From: an uncultured Rickettsiales bacterium
GTDB lineage: Bacteria; Pseudomonadota; Alphaproteobacteria; Rickettsiales; UBA1997
Direction: 5' to 3'
Assembly (NCBI GenBank): GCA_944392625.1
Contig: CALXXG010000107.1
Coordinates: forward strand, 1 to 54,269
Length of the DNA: 54,269 bases
The notes below the pieces were generated by a model. The model did not search any database. It saw only the letters and a program-made list of their open reading frames with translations, and was not told the DNA's origin. Both the position numbers and the translations under genes were made by a program. Below are positions 48,896 to 54,269 of this stretch, piece after piece (position 1 is the first letter of the stretch; every line of letters begins with the position of its first letter).

Positions 48896-49396
48896 TTATT
48901 TAACTTTGTATTTATATTTTCCTTTAATTCTTCCATCTGGAGTTTTTTCATTAAATTTATATTTGTATTGAAATTTATCCATGGCTTCATTATATTGATT
49001 CTCACTAACTTTTCCAGTTCCGTTTTTATCCATTTGTGCAAACTCTAATTTTCTTTTTAATTTATATTCTTTCTTTGTAACTTTTCCATCTTTATTTAAA
49101 TCCCATTGTTCAAAAATTGTCTCTTTGTATTTAGGATCGCAATTTTCTTCTTTTTTACATTTTCCAACAAAGTTATCTTTTGAAACAAAATCTTCATCCA
49201 TTTCATCTATTAACTTCCATTGTCTATCGTGATATTTAACATAAACTTTTTCTGTTATATATCCTTTTCCATCTTTATCTAGTTCTTTAAATTTTACTCT
49301 ATATGCTTCTGGCATTTGTTTTTTAGCTTCTTTTGCATTTACATTAAATGCCATGAGTAGAGATAAAATACCAAATATAAAAAATTTTCTTTTCAT
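48896..49396 (-). CDS. secreted EF-hand calcium-binding protein (second paralog)
   Basis: Signal peptide MKRKFFIFGILSLLMAFNVNA. EF loops are DKDGKGYITEKV, DLNKDGKVTKKE and DKNGTGKVSENQ. Start taken at the ATG at 49396 (the track ORF starts at a TTG at 49411). Confidence 0.8.
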   Translation of the reverse strand: MKRKFFIFGILSLLMAFNVNAKEAKKQMPEAYRVKFKELDKDGKGYITEKVYVKYHDRQWKLIDEMDEDFVSKDNFVGKCKKEENCDPKYKETIFEQWDLNKDGKVTKKEYKLKRKLEFAQMDKNGTGKVSENQYNEAMDKFQYKYKFNEKTPDGRIKGKYKYKVK

Positions 49397-49660
49397 GTTT
49401 CTACCATTCAAAATTAATATTAAATAATTGTAATTAATTCCTTACGGAAAATATTTACAGTTTAAATATTATTTTATTATATCTTAAAAGTAAAGAAATA
49501 AATTAATTTTCTATTTTAAGTTGTAAAATTATGAGATTAACTTTATTTTCAATAAGCAATTTAGTATTTTAAAAAATTATCTTTAATATATTTTATTATT
49601 AATGTATTGATTTTTTCAAAATAAATGTTAATATTTTTAATGATAAAATTAATGCATTGT

Positions 49661-50230
49661 ATGAGAAAAGAGTTTTTATTTTTAATGTTTTTATCATTAA
49701 GCGCATGTGGTACTTTTGTTAACAATAAAAAAGATATTTCTATGTGTCCAGTACCTAATGATACACCTGAAACCTTGCAAAACGCTTCAAGAAATCTTTT
49801 AAAAAATAAGGTTTATTACTCTTTAGGAATTATTGGTCAAGTTGAACCTGTTTATTTAAAAGATATGATTTCTGTTTTTCCTGCTAGAATAGATACAGGC
49901 GCTGAAACTTCATCTATAGATGCACAAAATATCAAGGAATTTGAAAGAGATGGTGAACCTTGGGTTTCATTTGAGATTAAAAATAGAGATACAAGAGAAA
50001 CAAAAATTTTTGAGAAAAAAATTTCCAGAAAAACAACTATAAAAAGACAAAAAGGTGGAAATGAAAGAAGAATTACTGTTGAAATGGAAATAAGAATGGG
50101 TAATCAGTACTTTACAAAAGAATTTACTTTAGCAAACCGTGAAAAGTTTGAATATCAAGTGCTTATAGGTAGGAACATTTTAAATGGATTAGCTGTTGTT
50201 GATGTTGGTATTGAAAACACTCTAAAATAA
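49661..50230 (+). CDS. RimK-associated retropepsin-like / putative ATP-dependent zinc protease family lipoprotein (DUF785)
   Basis: Lipobox FLSLSACG. FPARIDTGAETSSIDAQNI and YQVLIGRNILNG match the family core (K.DTGA.TSS). Start at the ATG at 49661. Confidence 0.72.
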   Translation: MRKEFLFLMFLSLSACGTFVNNKKDISMCPVPNDTPETLQNASRNLLKNKVYYSLGIIGQVEPVYLKDMISVFPARIDTGAETSSIDAQNIKEFERDGEPWVSFEIKNRDTRETKIFEKKISRKTTIKRQKGGNERRITVEMEIRMGNQYFTKEFTLANREKFEYQVLIGRNILNGLAVVDVGIENTLK

Positions 50231-50252
50231 AATTATGAAATAAAGGGAGAAA

Positions 50253-51809
50253 ATGAAGATAAAAAAACTATCTGTTAGTTGGATTTTGTTTTTATGTTTT
50301 ATAGCTTCTGTAATTTTTGCTATATTTTCAATATCTTATAAAATGAAAAATTTTGGTTTTTCTATAAATCCAAGTCAAAATGTTGACGTATGGTTAGTTG
50401 AGGCTAAAATATCCTATACAGCAACAGATAAAAATGCAAAAATTACGCTTACAGCACCAAATAATGATACAATAATTGGCGATATTGCAAATTCCGATGG
50501 ATATACTATATACAAACAAGAAATGAAAGATAAAAAAAAGATTTTCTTCATAAAAAAAGATAATAAATTAAATAGCAAAGAAACATTGTATTATAGAACT
50601 TTACTGCTGCAGGATAATGATTTAAAATATAATTTTGATTATAGTGATGATAAAATTAACAATGTAGAAAAGCCTTATTTAAGCAACAGTCAGCTTGAGT
50701 CTGCAAAAAAATTGTTGGATCTTTCTAAACAAATTCAAAACGATAGAGATTTTGTTTCAAACCTTATTGCTATTTTAAATAGAAAACCAGCAATTCCAGA
50801 AGTAAATACTTTTATTCCATTAAAAGTTAATCAAAGAGAAATATATAATGTTGTAAAAACATTATTGGCTCTTGAAAATATACCTGTTAGAATGATAAGA
50901 GGTGTAAAGTTGATTGAAGGAAAAACTTTTCAGAGGCCGGATTTGCTATTAGAAGCTTATGTTAATGGAAAATGGGTGGTATATAATTTAGATAATGGCA
51001 ATATCGGCATTCCAAATGATTTTTTAATATTTCAACATGGCGGCGATTCTCTCCTTGATGTTGAAGGCGGAAAAGACTCTGATATTCTATTTTCTGTATT
51101 AAAAAACAGATATAATGCTTTATTTTTATCAAAGTATAAAGCTGAATTAAATTCAACAAATGCATCTTTTAAATATTCAATATATAATCTGCCAATTAGA
51201 GAACAGAATATATTTAAATTTATGACTGTTTTCCCGTTGGCTATTTTAGCAATGGTAATTTTAAGAAATATAGTAGGCATTAAAACGCTTGGCACATTTA
51301 CTCCAATGCTAATAGCTATGTCGTTTATTGAAACTGGCATTCTATATGGACTAATAGCATTTATATTTTTAATAGCTATAGGATTATTGATAAGAAGATT
51401 ATTTTCAAAACTAAATTTACTTTTAGTTCCAAGAATTTCTGCTGTTGTAATTTTAGTTATATTTATGATACAGGCATTAACTGTTGCCAGCTATAATTTA
51501 AATATCAGACTAGGACTCTCTTTAATATTCTTTCCTTTAATTATTACGGCATGGATTATAGAAAGATCTTCAATCTTAATGGAGGAAAGTGGTGAAAAAG
51601 AAGCTGTAAAACAGAATATAGCAACTCTATTAGTTTCAGTATTGACATATTTAGTTATAAGCAGCGAAACTATGAGATATATTATGTATGTATTTAATGA
51701 ATTAAATATATGCATTTTATTTTTAGTCATGTTAATTGGAACCTATACAGGCTATAGATTAACGGAATTAACAAGGTTTGTTCCATTAGTTGGTAAAAAA
51801 GATAAATAA
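50253..51809 (+). CDS. inactive transglutaminase-like domain fused to 7TM module
   Basis: 518 aa with an N-terminal TM and a periplasmic domain of about 290 aa, then about 7 TM helices beginning FKFMTVFPLAILAMVILRNIVGIKTLGTFTPMLIAMSF. It sits between the protease and the ATP-grasp gene. Confidence 0.65.
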   Translation: MKIKKLSVSWILFLCFIASVIFAIFSISYKMKNFGFSINPSQNVDVWLVEAKISYTATDKNAKITLTAPNNDTIIGDIANSDGYTIYKQEMKDKKKIFFIKKDNKLNSKETLYYRTLLLQDNDLKYNFDYSDDKINNVEKPYLSNSQLESAKKLLDLSKQIQNDRDFVSNLIAILNRKPAIPEVNTFIPLKVNQREIYNVVKTLLALENIPVRMIRGVKLIEGKTFQRPDLLLEAYVNGKWVVYNLDNGNIGIPNDFLIFQHGGDSLLDVEGGKDSDILFSVLKNRYNALFLSKYKAELNSTNASFKYSIYNLPIREQNIFKFMTVFPLAILAMVILRNIVGIKTLGTFTPMLIAMSFIETGILYGLIAFIFLIAIGLLIRRLFSKLNLLLVPRISAVVILVIFMIQALTVASYNLNIRLGLSLIFFPLIITAWIIERSSILMEESGEKEAVKQNIATLLVSVLTYLVISSETMRYIMYVFNELNICILFLVMLIGTYTGYRLTELTRFVPLVGKKDK

Positions 51810-51811
51810 AT

Positions 51812-52762
51812 ATGTTTAATATATTTAAAAGATATAGAGATTTAAAAAGAAATGGCGTATTGGGAATAAACGCCAGAAATTACGACTATATCTTAAAATA
51901 TAATGATAGACGCTATTTTCCATTGGTTGACAATAAATTAAAAACTAAAGAAGTAGCATTAAACAATGGAATAAATACAACAAAGGTTATAGGTGTTATT
52001 AACTATTGCCATGAAATTAAAAATCTATTAAATATGGTTAGAGGCTATAGAGAATTTGTTATAAAGCCTACACAAGGCAGCGGTGGCAAGGGTATTTTAG
52101 TAATAAAAAGCTTCACGGATGATAACTTTATAACAGCATCAAACGCTTCTTTAACTTTAAAAGATGTTAGCGAACATTGTTTTAACATCTTAAGCGGATT
52201 ATATAGCTTGGGCGGTCAAAATGATTCCATAATAATAGAAGAGATGATACAATTCACTGATGCATTTAAAAATTATAGTTTTCAAGGTGTGCCAGATTCA
52301 AGAATTATTGTATATAAAGGCATACCCGTCATGGCAATGATGAGGCTTTCAACATCAATGTCCAATGGAAAAGCAAATTTACATCAAGGTGCTATAGGAG
52401 TTGGAATAGACTTAAAAAATGGTCATGCTTCCCATGCAGTTATGAAAGATAAGCCTATAGAAAAACATCCAGATACAGGTGCAGATCTATCAAGCTTAGT
52501 AATACCACAATGGCAAGATCATCTAAAAATAGCCTATGAATCTTGTAGAATAACACATTTAAATTATATTGGTGCCGATATAGTTCTTGATAAATATAGA
52601 GGTGCATTGCTTTTGGAATTAAACGCAAGACCGGGACTCGCTATACAAATAGCAAACAAAATAGGCTTAAGAAAAAGACTTGAGCTTGTTGATAAATATT
52701 TTGATAAAGCACCAGAATTAACTCCGGAACAAATATATATATTTATTTGTGAAAATTTTTAG
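51812..52762 (+). CDS. alpha-L-glutamate ligase-like (RimK-related) ATP-grasp protein
   Basis: GVLGINARNYDYILKYNDRRYFPLVDNKLKTKEVA, VIKPTQGSGGKGILV, GADIVLD...LLLELNARPGLAIQ. These form an ATP-grasp fold of the RimK-related ligase type. Confidence 0.8.
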   Translation: MFNIFKRYRDLKRNGVLGINARNYDYILKYNDRRYFPLVDNKLKTKEVALNNGINTTKVIGVINYCHEIKNLLNMVRGYREFVIKPTQGSGGKGILVIKSFTDDNFITASNASLTLKDVSEHCFNILSGLYSLGGQNDSIIIEEMIQFTDAFKNYSFQGVPDSRIIVYKGIPVMAMMRLSTSMSNGKANLHQGAIGVGIDLKNGHASHAVMKDKPIEKHPDTGADLSSLVIPQWQDHLKIAYESCRITHLNYIGADIVLDKYRGALLLELNARPGLAIQIANKIGLRKRLELVDKYFDKAPELTPEQIYIFICENF

Positions 52763-52784
52763 GGAAAATTTATTTATTTTCCCT
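52761..52784. terminator. bidirectional stem-loop between convergent ATP-grasp gene and metK
   Basis: agggaaaat-ttattt-attttccct, a 9-bp stem. Confidence 0.45.
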
Positions 52785-52791
52785 AATTATG

Positions 52792-53970
52792 CTAATCCAT
52801 TAGCTTTTTTAACATATCAACTAAATCAAGTTTTTCCCAGCTAAAACCACCATCATTTTCTGGCTTTCTGCCGAAATGTCCATAGGCAGCACTTCTTTTA
52901 TAGATTGGTTTTGCAAGCCCTAGTCTCTCTCTGATTTTTTTAGGTCTTAAATCAACTAATTCTCTTAATTTTTCTGCAATTTTTTCTTCATCCACTTTGT
53001 TTGTGCCATAACAATTTACATAAAATGATAAAGGCTCAGCTACACCAATTGCATAAGATACTTGAATTAAACATTGGTCTGCAAGTCCGCTTGCAACAAC
53101 ATTTTTTGCTAAATATCTTGTAATATAGGCACCGCTTCTATCAACTTTGCTTGGATCTTTGCCCGAGAATGCACCGCCGCCATGAGGCGCATATCCGCCA
53201 TAGGTATCAACTATAATTTTTCTGCCAGTCAAACCAGTATCGCCGTCTGGACCGCCTATCACAAATCTTCCAGTTGGATTAATTAAAATATTTTTATTAT
53301 CTTTTGGCATCCAACCTTTTGGCAATGTTTTTTCAATATATGGAACTATTAATTTTCTAACATCATCCACTGTTAAATTTTCTCTATGCTGTATTGAAAC
53401 TAAAACTTTTTCTGCTCCAACAGGTTTACCATCAACATACTTCAAAGTTATTTGTGCTTTTGCATCTGGTCCTAAATCTTTTAATTCACCTTTTTTAATA
53501 GCTTGCATTATGTTATACAAAATCTTATGAGAATAGTATATTGCACTAGGCATATAGTCTTCTGTTTCATTGCAGGCATATCCGAACATAAGTCCTTGAT
53601 CTCCAGCACCTTCATTTTCTTCATCTCTTCCAACATCAACACCCATAGCTATATCAGCCGATTGACAGTGAATAAAGTTATCAATTTTTACAGTTTTCCA
53701 ATCAAACCCTTCCTGTTCATAGCCAATTTCCTTAATAGTTTCTCTAATAATTTTTTCAATTTCTTCATTAGAAAGACACGTTCCATTAGATGTTCTTACC
53801 TCTCCGCCCACTATAACTCTATTTGTAGTCGCAAATGTTTCACATGCAACTTTTGACTTTGGATCATATTTTAAATAGGCATCAAGTATTGCATCTGATA
53901 TTTGATCACACACCTTATCCGGATGTCCTTCAGATACAGACTCACTTGTAAAAAAATAAGTATTTTTCAT
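52792..53970 (-). CDS. metK: S-adenosylmethionine synthetase
   Basis: [53 protein letters not shown]; full length, 392 aa. Confidence 0.97.
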   Translation of the reverse strand: MKNTYFFTSESVSEGHPDKVCDQISDAILDAYLKYDPKSKVACETFATTNRVIVGGEVRTSNGTCLSNEEIEKIIRETIKEIGYEQEGFDWKTVKIDNFIHCQSADIAMGVDVGRDEENEGAGDQGLMFGYACNETEDYMPSAIYYSHKILYNIMQAIKKGELKDLGPDAKAQITLKYVDGKPVGAEKVLVSIQHRENLTVDDVRKLIVPYIEKTLPKGWMPKDNKNILINPTGRFVIGGPDGDTGLTGRKIIVDTYGGYAPHGGGAFSGKDPSKVDRSGAYITRYLAKNVVASGLADQCLIQVSYAIGVAEPLSFYVNCYGTNKVDEEKIAEKLRELVDLRPKKIRERLGLAKPIYKRSAAYGHFGRKPENDGGFSWEKLDLVDMLKKLMD

Positions 53971-54100
53971 ATTGTACTCAATTTATTAATAAATAATTGC
54001 ATTGAGCTAAAAGGATTAATATAAATGATTGTTTATCAGTAGTCCGCTTTAGCTGTTTGTTTAAAGTGTTCGCAATTTGTAAATCAACACTATTGTTAAT
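53971..54100 (-). promoter_or_regulatory. metK 5' leader with conserved-looking pairing segments (possible riboswitch/attenuator, unverified)
   Basis: The minus-strand leader reads guguugauuuacaaauugcgaacac (5-bp stem guguu/aacac), then ...cagcuaaagcgg..., which can pair with the downstream ccuuuuagcu. GAUUU / AUUGC / AAAGC elements recall my memory of the SAM-II/SAM-V cores, but the spacing to the AUG is long. Confidence 0.2.
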
Positions 54101-54175
54101 AATAAAATAATTTTTTTAATATTCAAGCAATAATTAATATTTTAGAGATTGTCAAAAAAAGATAGCTTTTTAAAA

Positions 54176-54225
54176 ATATTAATATACCATTGAATTGTGT
54201 TAACAATTCAATGGTATATTAATAT
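54176..54225. repeat. perfect 22-bp-stem hairpin
   Basis: atattaatataccattgaattg-tgttaa-caattcaatggtatattaatat. It lies in the spacer upstream of metK, near the window edge. Confidence 0.7.
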
Positions 54226-54269
54226 GTATATAAATGCCAATCATTTGATTAAAAAAAATAATAATAATG

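Overview
This is a 54.3-kb, gene-dense and very AT-rich window. Hand counts on single 60-nt lines gave about 13% GC in an Asn-rich gene, about 32% in metK and about 42% in one putative foreign island. Gene content is Gram-negative: Mla lipid transport, TolC, AsmA, EptA, MurG and Psd/PssA. ClpP looks Rickettsia-like, so I infer a reduced, host-associated Rickettsiales/Holosporales-like alphaproteobacterium using the standard genetic code. I support about 50 protein genes, three decayed genes, a set of stem-loop terminators and several repeat structures. I found no rRNA, tRNA, CRISPR array, cas gene, transposase, integrase or recognisable defence system.

The most unusual items are:
1. Three paralogous, GC-enriched, ORF-free intergenic loci (R1 2011-2527, R2 39236-39910, R3 48411-48876). 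They are built from the same sequence modules in shuffled order and orientation. A hairpin-rich core is flipped between R1 and R3 relative to shared flanks. This is a candidate mosaic palindromic repeat, structured ncRNA or inverton-like family that I cannot assign to any known RNA class.
2. An iteron-like array of at least 13 copies of TGTTAATAA/TTATTAACA in 231 bp (42357-42587), including two CTGTTAATAA-N4-TTATTAACAG palindromes.
3. A higher-GC three-gene island whose products all carry twin-arginine signal peptides: an aldo/keto reductase (frameshifted), a flavodoxin-like reductase and a DUF362 protein.
4. A RimK-like ATP-grasp, 7TM inactive-transglutaminase and retropepsin-like protease triad.
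5. A secreted EF-hand protein translationally coupled to a membrane-anchored ECF-type sigma factor.
6. Gene decay: a P-type ATPase split at an A5 run, an N-terminal-only mfd, and an aroA homolog that has lost its catalytic motifs.

All functional calls rest on motif recognition by eye in the supplied translations. No database search was run.
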